Shown: positions 56,649-64,000 of the stretch, piece by piece
How positions within the stretch are numbered: position 1 is the stretch's first letter
Layout of the letters: the number at the start of each line of letters is the position of its first letter
NCBI GenBank assembly: GCA_964450385.1
Contig: CAYVEC010000003.1
Span: forward strand, 4,104-68,103
Source: an uncultured Planctomycetales bacterium
GTDB taxonomy: Bacteria > Omnitrophota > Gorgyraeia > Zapsychrales > JANLHA01
DNA: 64,000 nucleotides
Reading direction: 5' to 3'
Notes under the pieces: generated by a model
Told to the model about the DNA's origin: nothing
Database searches by the model: none
What the model saw: the letters and a program-made list of their open reading frames with translations, nothing else
Translations under genes and position numbers: made by a program

Positions 56649-59600
56649 ATGCCACGCGTGAAAGTTACAATTGATGGGAATGAGGCAGCGGCTTATGTCG
56701 CTCATAAGGTCTCTGAGGTGATCGCGATCTATCCGATTACGCCGTCTTCGGCCATGGGGGAGTGGGCCGACATGTGGTCGGCCGCCGGCCAGAAAAATAT
56801 CTGGGGCACGGTCCCGCTCGTTCAGGAGATGCAGAGCGAGGGGGGCGCGGCCGGGGCTGTTCACGGCGCGCTTCAGACAGGGGCCCTGACCACGACCTTT
56901 ACCGCGTCGCAGGGGCTGCTTCTTATGATCCCGAACATGTATAAGATCGCCGGCGAGTTGACTCCGACGGTGTTCCACGTCTCAGCGCGGTCGCTTGCCG
57001 CTCAGGCCCTCTCGATCTTCGGGGACCATTCGGATGTGATGGCGACCCGCGGGACAGGGTTCGCGATGCTGGCCTCGAATTCGGTCCAGGAGGTCATGGA
57101 TACGGCGCTGATCGCCCATGCCGCGACCCTCAAGACGCGGGTCCCGATGATCCATTTTTTTGACGGGTTCCGCACCTCGCACGAGGTCGCGAAGATCGAA
57201 CAGCTCTCGGTCGACGATATCGCGGCGATGATCCCGGATGAGGATGTCTTCGCCCATCGACGACGCGCCCTCTCGCCGGACCATCCCGTGCTTCGCGGCA
57301 CCGCGCAGAATCCGGATGTCTATTTTCAGGCCCGCGAGACCGTGAACCCGTATTATGACGCGTGCCCGGCGATTGTTCAGGAGACGATGGATGCCTTCGC
57401 GAAGCTGACCGGACGGGCCTATCACCTTTTTGATTATTCGGGGCCGAAGGACGCGGACCGCGTGATTGTTATTATGGGCTCCGGCGCTGAGACCGTTGAG
57501 GAGACGTTGACGTATTTGGGGAAGGTGGGCGAGAAGGTTGGCGTTCTGAAGGTCCGGCTGTACCGTCCGTTCGCTGGTGAGGCCTTTGTGAAGGCCTTGC
57601 CGAAGTCGGTACGCTCGATCGCGGTCCTTGACCGGACGAAAGAGCCGGGTGCCGGCGGTGAGCCCCTGTATCTCGATGTGATCGCGGCCCTCGCGGAGTT
57701 CGGCGGCCGCCATGGATTCGCGGCGATGCCGGTTGTGATCGGCGGACGCTATGGGCTTTCGTCCAAGGAGTTTACCCCGGCCATGGTCAAGGCCGTTTAT
57801 GATGAACTGGCCAAACCGGATCCGAAGCGGCATTTTACCGTCGGGATCACGGACGATGTGACCCACATGAGCCTGGCCTGTGATGAGGGATTCTCCATCG
57901 AGGATCCGCAGGGGGTGCAGGCGGTCTTCTTCGGGCTCGGGTCTGACGGGACCGTCGGGGCCAATAAGAATTCCATTAAGATCATCGGAACCGAGACCGA
58001 GCACTACGCGCAGGGGTATTTTGTCTATGACTCGAAGAAGGCCGGATCGGTCACTGTTTCGCATCTTCGGTTCGGTCCGAACCCGATTCGGGCCACCTAT
58101 CTGGTCTCGAAGGCCGGCTTTGTCGGGTGCCATCAGTTCAGCTTTTTAGAGAAGTATGACGTCGTCGGAAAACTTAAAACCGGCGGCGTCTTTTTGCTCA
58201 ACAGCTCCTACGGCCCTGCGGAGGTCTGGGACCAGATCCCGCGCGATGTCCAGGCCCAGCTTATCGAGCGGAAGGCCAAGCTCTATGTGATCGACGCCTA
58301 TACGGTCGCGCGCGAGACCGGGATGGGGGCGCGGATCAACACGATCATGCAGACATGTTTCTTCGCCATCTCCGGTGTCCTGCCGAAAGACGAGGCGATC
58401 GCCGCGATCAAAAAGGCGATCAAAAAGACGTACGGGGTCAAGGGCGAGCAGGTTGTGCAGAAGAATTTCAATGCCGTGGATCAGTCCCTGGCCCATCTCC
58501 ATGAGGTCAAACTTCCGTCAGCCGCGTCGAGTAAGGTTCAACGACCGCCGGTTGTTTCCGACCGCGCCCCGGATTTTGTCAAGAAGGTCACGGCCCGGAT
58601 CATGGCCGGTGAGGGCGACGCCCTGCCGGTCTCGGCGATGCCGGACGACGGGACGTATCCGTTGGGCACGACGAAATGGGAGAAACGGAACATCGCCCTT
58701 GATATTCCGGTCTGGGATCCGGCAACCTGTATTCAGTGCGGTAAGTGTATCGCGGTCTGTCCGCACGCGACCATTCGGATGAAGGCCTATGATTCTGCCT
58801 TGTTGAAGGACGCCCCCAAGACGTTCAAATCGACAAACGCGAAAAATAAAGAGTGGGAAGGGATGCAGTTCACGATCCAGGTGGCGCCTGAGGATTGCAC
58901 GGGCTGCGGCCTGTGTGTTGAGACCTGTCCGGCCAAGAACAAACAGGACACGACAAAGAAGGCGATTAATATGGCCCCGCAGATTCCCTTGCGCGCCTCC
59001 GAAGGCGAGAATTGGGAATTTTTCACCGGGCTCCCTGAGGTCGACCGGGCCAAGGTCCGTCGGGATACGACGCGGACCGTCCAGGCCCTTCAGCCGCTTT
59101 TTGAATTCTCCGGCTGCTGCGCCGGCTGCGGCGAGACCCCGTATATCAAATTGTTAACCCAGCTGTTCGGAGACCGGATGGTCGTGGCCAACGCGACCGG
59201 GTGTTCCTCGATCTACGGCGGCAACCTGCCGACGACGCCGTACACGGTGAATCCCGAGGGCAGAGGTCCGGCCTGGTCGAACTCGCTATTCGAGGACAAC
59301 GCCGAGTTCGGTCTGGGCTTCCGGCTCACGATCGATAAACAGGCGGAATTTGCGGTGGAACTCTTAAAGGATCTGTCCTCAGAGATTGGCGACTCCCTGG
59401 TGAAAGAGATCCTGGCCGCGGATCAGTCGGCCGAGGAGGGGATCGCAGCCCAACGCGTCCGGGTCGAGGCCCTCAAGAAAAAATTGGCTGGCATGCGATC
59501 ATCAAAGGCGGCGCATCTGAGAACCGTCGCGGACATGCTTGTCAAAAAGAGCGTCTGGATCTTCGGCGGGGACGGGTGGGCGTATGATATAGGCTACGGC

Positions 59601-60206
59601 GGACTGGACCATGTCCTTGCCTCGGGCAAGAATGTCAATGTCCTGGTCATGGACACTGAGGTGTATTCGAATACCGGCGGTCAGGCTTCGAAAGCGACCC
59701 CGCGGGCCGCGGTGGCCAAGTTTGCCGCCGGCGGAAAGCCGGGCGCGAAGAAAGACCTCGCGATGATGGCCATGACCTACGGCTCGGTCTATGTCGCGAC
59801 TGTTGCCTTGGGCGCGAACGACAATCAGACGGCTAAGGCCTTTTTGGAGGCCGAGGCGTATAACGGCCCGTCGCTCATTATCGCGTATTCGCATTGCATC
59901 GCGCACGGGATCGACATGCTCCGCGGGCTTGAGACACAGAAATTAGCGGTCCAGTGCGGGCATTGGCCGTTGGTGCGTTTTAATCCGGACCTTCTGGCCG
60001 GCGGCAAGAACCCTCTGTCGCTCGATTCCGTGGCGCCGAAGAATTCTTTCGAGGAGTACGCGGCGCTTCAGAATCGTTTCATGATGCTGACAAAGATGAA
60101 ACCGGAACGCGCCAAAGAGCTCTTCGCTGCTGCGCAGCATGACGTTGAGATGCGATGGCGCACGTACGAATCACTGCAGAAACAGTATGAGACGATGTTG
60201 GCGTAA
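56649..60206 (+). CDS. nifJ: Pyruvate:ferredoxin (flavodoxin) oxidoreductase, single-chain
   Basis: 1185 aa. N-terminus MPRVKVTIDGNEAAAYVAHKVSEVIAIYPITPSS, two ferredoxin-like Cys motifs (CIQCGKCIAVCP, CTGCGLCVETCP) and the TPP domain GDGW. Confidence 0.95.
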   Translation: MPRVKVTIDGNEAAAYVAHKVSEVIAIYPITPSSAMGEWADMWSAAGQKNIWGTVPLVQEMQSEGGAAGAVHGALQTGALTTTFTASQGLLLMIPNMYKIAGELTPTVFHVSARSLAAQALSIFGDHSDVMATRGTGFAMLASNSVQEVMDTALIAHAATLKTRVPMIHFFDGFRTSHEVAKIEQLSVDDIAAMIPDEDVFAHRRRALSPDHPVLRGTAQNPDVYFQARETVNPYYDACPAIVQETMDAFAKLTGRAYHLFDYSGPKDADRVIVIMGSGAETVEETLTYLGKVGEKVGVLKVRLYRPFAGEAFVKALPKSVRSIAVLDRTKEPGAGGEPLYLDVIAALAEFGGRHGFAAMPVVIGGRYGLSSKEFTPAMVKAVYDELAKPDPKRHFTVGITDDVTHMSLACDEGFSIEDPQGVQAVFFGLGSDGTVGANKNSIKIIGTETEHYAQGYFVYDSKKAGSVTVSHLRFGPNPIRATYLVSKAGFVGCHQFSFLEKYDVVGKLKTGGVFLLNSSYGPAEVWDQIPRDVQAQLIERKAKLYVIDAYTVARETGMGARINTIMQTCFFAISGVLPKDEAIAAIKKAIKKTYGVKGEQVVQKNFNAVDQSLAHLHEVKLPSAASSKVQRPPVVSDRAPDFVKKVTARIMAGEGDALPVSAMPDDGTYPLGTTKWEKRNIALDIPVWDPATCIQCGKCIAVCPHATIRMKAYDSALLKDAPKTFKSTNAKNKEWEGMQFTIQVAPEDCTGCGLCVETCPAKNKQDTTKKAINMAPQIPLRASEGENWEFFTGLPEVDRAKVRRDTTRTVQALQPLFEFSGCCAGCGETPYIKLLTQLFGDRMVVANATGCSSIYGGNLPTTPYTVNPEGRGPAWSNSLFEDNAEFGLGFRLTIDKQAEFAVELLKDLSSEIGDSLVKEILAADQSAEEGIAAQRVRVEALKKKLAGMRSSKAAHLRTVADMLVKKSVWIFGGDGWAYDIGYGGLDHVLASGKNVNVLVMDTEVYSNTGGQASKATPRAAVAKFAAGGKPGAKKDLAMMAMTYGSVYVATVALGANDNQTAKAFLEAEAYNGPSLIIAYSHCIAHGIDMLRGLETQKLAVQCGHWPLVRFNPDLLAGGKNPLSLDSVAPKNSFEEYAALQNRFMMLTKMKPERAKELFAAAQHDVEMRWRTYESLQKQYETMLA

Positions 60207-60247
60207 GGGTCACTGCGACAAGAATCATTTAATTGAGAGGAAGGGAT

Positions 60248-61240
60248 ATGAATTTAGAAACAACCTACATGGGGCTTAAACTCAAAAATCCACTCGTCTT
60301 GTCGTCGTCGCCGCTTACGCGCGATGTCGGGATGATCCGGCGGCTTGAAGATGCTGGGATCGCCGCGGTCGTGTGCCATTCGATCTTTGAGGAACAGCTT
60401 GCCCATGAGGCCCTTGAGCTTGATCGCCGGCTGCGTCAGGGGACCGAGAGCTATGCCGAGGCCCTGAGCTATTTTCCGGAGCCCGAGGATTTTAAATTGG
60501 GGCCTGAGGCCTATCTTGATCTCATCCGCCTGGCGAAGAAGGCCGTCAAGATCCCGATCATCGCGAGCCTGAACGGGCACACCGAAGGCGGCTGGACCTC
60601 GTACGCGCGTCAGGTCGAGCAGGCGGGCGCGGATGCGATTGAGTTGAACGTCTACTTTTTAGCAACCCACCCCGACACTTCCGCGGAGGACGTTGAAAAG
60701 AACTATGAGGCGATCGTGCGGGCGGTTCGCTCGAGCGTCAAGATCCCGGTCTCGGTCAAATTGAGCCCGTATTTCAGTGCCCTGACCCATTTTGCCAAAC
60801 GTCTCGACGCGGCTGGCGCCGACGCGATGGTCTTGTTCAATCGGTTCTATCAGCCGGACATCGATCTTGATACGATGGAGGTTGTGCCGAATATCCTGCT
60901 CAGCAATTCCTATGATCTTCGTCTGCCGTTGAGGTGGATCGCGATCCTCCATGGCCGGATTAAGGCGAGCCTGGCGGCGACGAGCGGGATTCATCATGGT
61001 GAGGATGTGGTGAAGATGATCCTGGCCGGCGCGGATGTGGTGATGCTCTGCGCGGCTCTCCTTGAGCGCGGGGTTGATCATGTCTCGACGATCCTCCGCG
61101 GGATGGAGGACTGGATGGCCGATCACGGGTACGATTCGGTGAGCGCGATGAAAGGCGTCATGAGCCAGCAGTCCTGCGCCCATCCCGAGGCCTTTGAGCG
61201 CGCCAATTATATGAAGGTCTTAAACAGCGGATCGTTCTAA
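60248..61240 (+). CDS. Dihydroorotate dehydrogenase-family (class 1-like) TIM-barrel protein lacking the canonical catalytic SCPN motif
   Basis: N- and C-terminal DHOD blocks align (LKNPLVLSS..., VKLSPYF, GGI..G.D), but the active-site loop reads ELNVYFLATHPDT. Confidence 0.6.
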   Translation: MNLETTYMGLKLKNPLVLSSSPLTRDVGMIRRLEDAGIAAVVCHSIFEEQLAHEALELDRRLRQGTESYAEALSYFPEPEDFKLGPEAYLDLIRLAKKAVKIPIIASLNGHTEGGWTSYARQVEQAGADAIELNVYFLATHPDTSAEDVEKNYEAIVRAVRSSVKIPVSVKLSPYFSALTHFAKRLDAAGADAMVLFNRFYQPDIDLDTMEVVPNILLSNSYDLRLPLRWIAILHGRIKASLAATSGIHHGEDVVKMILAGADVVMLCAALLERGVDHVSTILRGMEDWMADHGYDSVSAMKGVMSQQSCAHPEAFERANYMKVLNSGSF

Positions 61241-61288
61241 CGATTCCGGGAGCCTCTCCCTGAGGGTCCTGGCCGCGTCGTGTGACCT

Positions 61289-63535
61289 ATGACGGACTTC
61301 CCTAGCCATTCTGATGCGCCGGATCTCTTTGATGAAAGGCCGCGCGTCAGATCCTTTGTGCTCGCCCTCCTTTTAGGCTGTGTCTCCATCGTGACACAGA
61401 CGATTCTCCTTCGTGAATTGACCTCTGTTTTTTATGGGAACGAACTCGGCTATGCGGTTGTTCTGGGCCTCTGGCTTGTGTGGGTCGGGCTGGGGAGTCT
61501 GCTTGTGGCCTGGGTCCAAGGCGGCAGGGTGGGGATTCCTGGATCTGTATCGGCTCTGACCGCCGCGTGGGGCCTGGCCCTTCCGATCGCGGTCACGGGT
61601 GTGTCTTTTGTGAAACCTGTTTGTGATGTCCCGCCGGGCGCGGCCCTTGATCTGGCCCGGTTTGTTCTGGCCGCGTGTATCCTTATTGGCCCTCCAGCGT
61701 TTTTGGCTGGGGGGCTTTTCAGTGCCCTTGTCGCGCGGTCAGGAGGGGGCCTGGAACGGGTCTATATTGTGGAGGCCATCGGGGCTGCGGTCGGGGGATT
61801 GCTTTTTAGTTTTTTATTAGTCGGCGCGGTCTCGTCGCTCGCGGCGGCATGGATCATGGGCGCGACTCTCCTGGGGTTTGCCGCGTGGTTGGCTCCGTCA
61901 CGAACGAATCGGGCGGTATTGGCCGCGCTCGCCTGTGGTGTGGGACTCTCTGCTGTTGTTTTGGTGACGGGAGGGGCGGAGCGCCGGATGATCCAGCGTG
62001 AGATGCCGTTCGGCCGGGTGGCGACCGTCGCGAATTCCGCATATGGTCGTCTTGTGACGGTTGAGCAGGACGGTCAGGAGAGTCTTTATGAGAACGGGAT
62101 TCTGGCCGCGACCCGGCCCGATCGTTTGAGCGTAGAGGAGGCGATCCATTACGCGATGCTCGTCCATCCTTCGCCGAAACGGGTTCTGCTCGTGGGTCAG
62201 GGCTTCGCCGGAGAGATCGAGGAAATACTAAAGCACGGTCCGGAGCGTGTTGATTATGTGACCCTGGACCCGTTGATCCTTAGGGTCTGGGGCCGGCCGA
62301 GCGACGATCTGGACCCGCGTGTGCGGATCCACGCCACGGACGGCCGCCTTTTTGTGAAGAGGAGCGCTGACGTTTATGATGTGATCATTCTGAATGTTGG
62401 GGACCCGCATACCGCCGGGACGAATCGATATTATACCCGAGAATTCTTTCATGAGTCCGAGCGCATCCTGGCGCCCGGCGGGCGCGTGGCCTTTTCGGCT
62501 GCCTCATCCGTGAATTATCTGAGCCCCGTTAATCAGGCGGTGCTGCGTTCTCTTTATACAACTGCCGCGTCGGTCTTGCCGTCGATCCAGTCGATTCCCG
62601 GGGACCGGCATCTTTTTTTGGCGGCTCGAAAGGGGGAGGGCGAACCTATTGAGGCCGCGGTCTTGAGCCAGCGGCTCAAAGAACGGGCGCTGGCGACTCA
62701 GTTTGTGACCGTCTATACCCTGCCGGATCGGCTTGAGCCGGGCCGGGTGTCGGCCGCGGAGCGCGAGGTTCATGTACAGGGTCTGGTGAATGAGGACGGC
62801 CGTCCGATCGCGTATTTCTTGAACATGACGCTCTGGAGCAGTCATGCGGACAGGGCACTGGCCGCAGTGCTGGCCTCCGCGGTCCGGATCCCGGGGCGCT
62901 GGGTCGCGCTCGTGGGTGTCTTGGCGGCGGCCGTGTTTTTTATCAGGGCACGGCGATGGGGCAGGGCCCGGCTCCTTTCAGCTGCGGTCGCTGCCGGCGG
63001 ATTTTCTGAGATCGTTTTTGAGATCGTTGTCATCCTGGCGTTTCAGTCCTTGTATGGGGTTGTGTACCAGCGGATCAGCCTCATCGTGGCGTCATTCATG
63101 GCCGGGCTTGTGATCGGGGCGGTCTTATGCCGAACGATGTTGCGGTCTGATGATTTCAAGGCGAAAGAACAGAGCTTGTTACGGGTCCAGCTCGGAATGG
63201 CCCTGTATCCGCTCGCCCTGCCGGTGATCTTTGCGGTGTTTCGCGATCGGCTCTCCGGGAGCGCCATGGACCCTGCGTGTTCTCTTATTTTTGCCTGTCT
63301 GCCGATTATGGCGGGGTTTTTGGGTGGATATCAGTTTATTTTAGTATCAGAACGGTGTAGAGATGTGAAGGTGCCCGGTCAAGCCGGGGCCCTGTATGCG
63401 GCAGATCTCTTCGGCGCCGCCCTTGGCGCTGTGGTGATCAGCTGTTTTGTTATTCCTTTATATGGCGTTGTGCCTGCCTGCCTGATGTGCGCCGAGATCA
63501 ACGGGGCCTTTTTCTTTGCCCTTAAAAAATGGTAA
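61289..63535 (+). CDS. Polytopic membrane protein fused to a spermidine-synthase-like (PABS) methyltransferase-fold domain
   Basis: About 7 N-terminal TMs, a central PABS-like domain (VLLVGQGFAGEIEE..., DVIILNVGDP) and C-terminal TMs. Confidence 0.65.
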   Translation: MTDFPSHSDAPDLFDERPRVRSFVLALLLGCVSIVTQTILLRELTSVFYGNELGYAVVLGLWLVWVGLGSLLVAWVQGGRVGIPGSVSALTAAWGLALPIAVTGVSFVKPVCDVPPGAALDLARFVLAACILIGPPAFLAGGLFSALVARSGGGLERVYIVEAIGAAVGGLLFSFLLVGAVSSLAAAWIMGATLLGFAAWLAPSRTNRAVLAALACGVGLSAVVLVTGGAERRMIQREMPFGRVATVANSAYGRLVTVEQDGQESLYENGILAATRPDRLSVEEAIHYAMLVHPSPKRVLLVGQGFAGEIEEILKHGPERVDYVTLDPLILRVWGRPSDDLDPRVRIHATDGRLFVKRSADVYDVIILNVGDPHTAGTNRYYTREFFHESERILAPGGRVAFSAASSVNYLSPVNQAVLRSLYTTAASVLPSIQSIPGDRHLFLAARKGEGEPIEAAVLSQRLKERALATQFVTVYTLPDRLEPGRVSAAEREVHVQGLVNEDGRPIAYFLNMTLWSSHADRALAAVLASAVRIPGRWVALVGVLAAAVFFIRARRWGRARLLSAAVAAGGFSEIVFEIVVILAFQSLYGVVYQRISLIVASFMAGLVIGAVLCRTMLRSDDFKAKEQSLLRVQLGMALYPLALPVIFAVFRDRLSGSAMDPACSLIFACLPIMAGFLGGYQFILVSERCRDVKVPGQAGALYAADLFGAALGAVVISCFVIPLYGVVPACLMCAEINGAFFFALKKW

Positions 63536-63659
63536 AATTTTAATATTTTTAATTATTTTTTTATGATTTTTCGGCCTTCCTTTGTTTTATAAAATAAAAA
63601 ATGGCATACTTATTGTGTTATAAAGGACTCTTTTCTATATAAAGATTGGGAGGGTTCGA

Positions 63660-64000
63660 TGAGCACGCTTCATTTTAAGCAGACTCGCTTGTGTCGTATT
63701 CTTTCGGGTTTTCTTATCGGGATTTTCAGCGTTAGCATGGTCCTGCCCCTGGACATTGCCTCAGCGCAGGTGATCCAGCTCCCGATGCCGGGCACCATTA
63801 TTTCAACAAGCGCAGAATTCTTACCGGCCTATCTTTTAGGGATCCGGGTGAATCCCCAGAACCCGTTTGAATTGAATTTTATCGTGGATAACGGAGATTC
63901 GCGGTTGACGGGCGAGGCGCTTAAAAGCGAGTCCGAGAAACTGATCCGGTATTTTATGGCCGCGCTCACCGTGCCTGAGGAAGAGATCTGGGTCAACTTG
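63660..64000 (+). CDS. 5' part of a second giant secreted protein, paralogous to CDS 354..4108 (3' partial)
   Basis: RBS GGGAGGG. Its signal peptide and block ...SAQVIQLPMPGTII..PQNPFELNFIVDNGDSRLTGEALKSESEKLIRYFMAALTVPEEEIWVNL align with residues 25-110 of the first protein. Confidence 0.7.

Overview
This is a high-GC (~60%) bacterial chromosomal segment, almost entirely coding on the + strand, from a likely anaerobic, fermentative organism of uncertain lineage (Nfn, PFOR, class III RNR and ferredoxin are all present). The core content is, in order: the groEL 3' end, a CBS-less IMPDH-family gene + guaA, dnaE, an IHF/HU-like gene, hisS, aspS, phoH–7TM-HD(PgpH-like)–ybeY–recO, a small 2x[4Fe-4S] ferredoxin on the minus strand (below the ORF-track length cutoff), panE, dtd, tatD, nfnAB (electron-bifurcating), panB, an alpha2-type glyRS, ppdK, a short sigma-70 factor, apt, tRNA-Arg(CCT), an OMP/porin, a ParA-containing cluster, HIT, ADP-forming acetyl-CoA synthetase, an ArsB/NhaD-type transporter, rhomboid, purU, U32 peptidase, GH26, a PIF1-like helicase, metY, a PAS-rich sensor kinase + receiver, NrdR-boxed nrdDG, an orphan receiver, PFOR, a DHOD-like gene and a spermidine-synthase-like membrane protein. 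No CRISPR arrays, IS elements or prophage signatures were seen. The most unusual item is a ParA/MinD-type ATPase fused to an AMPK-beta/CBM48 glycogen-binding domain, in a tight operon with small membrane proteins and a histone-H1-like basic protein. Also notable are Lys/Ala-rich H1-like tails on housekeeping enzymes (PPDK C-terminus, GuaA N-terminus), two paralogous giant secreted proteins with a caspase-like His/Cys module at the window edges, an AspRS lacking the GAD domain, and a DHOD homolog missing its catalytic motif. The many long minus-strand ORFs in the ORF track are GC-bias artefacts mirroring real + strand genes.
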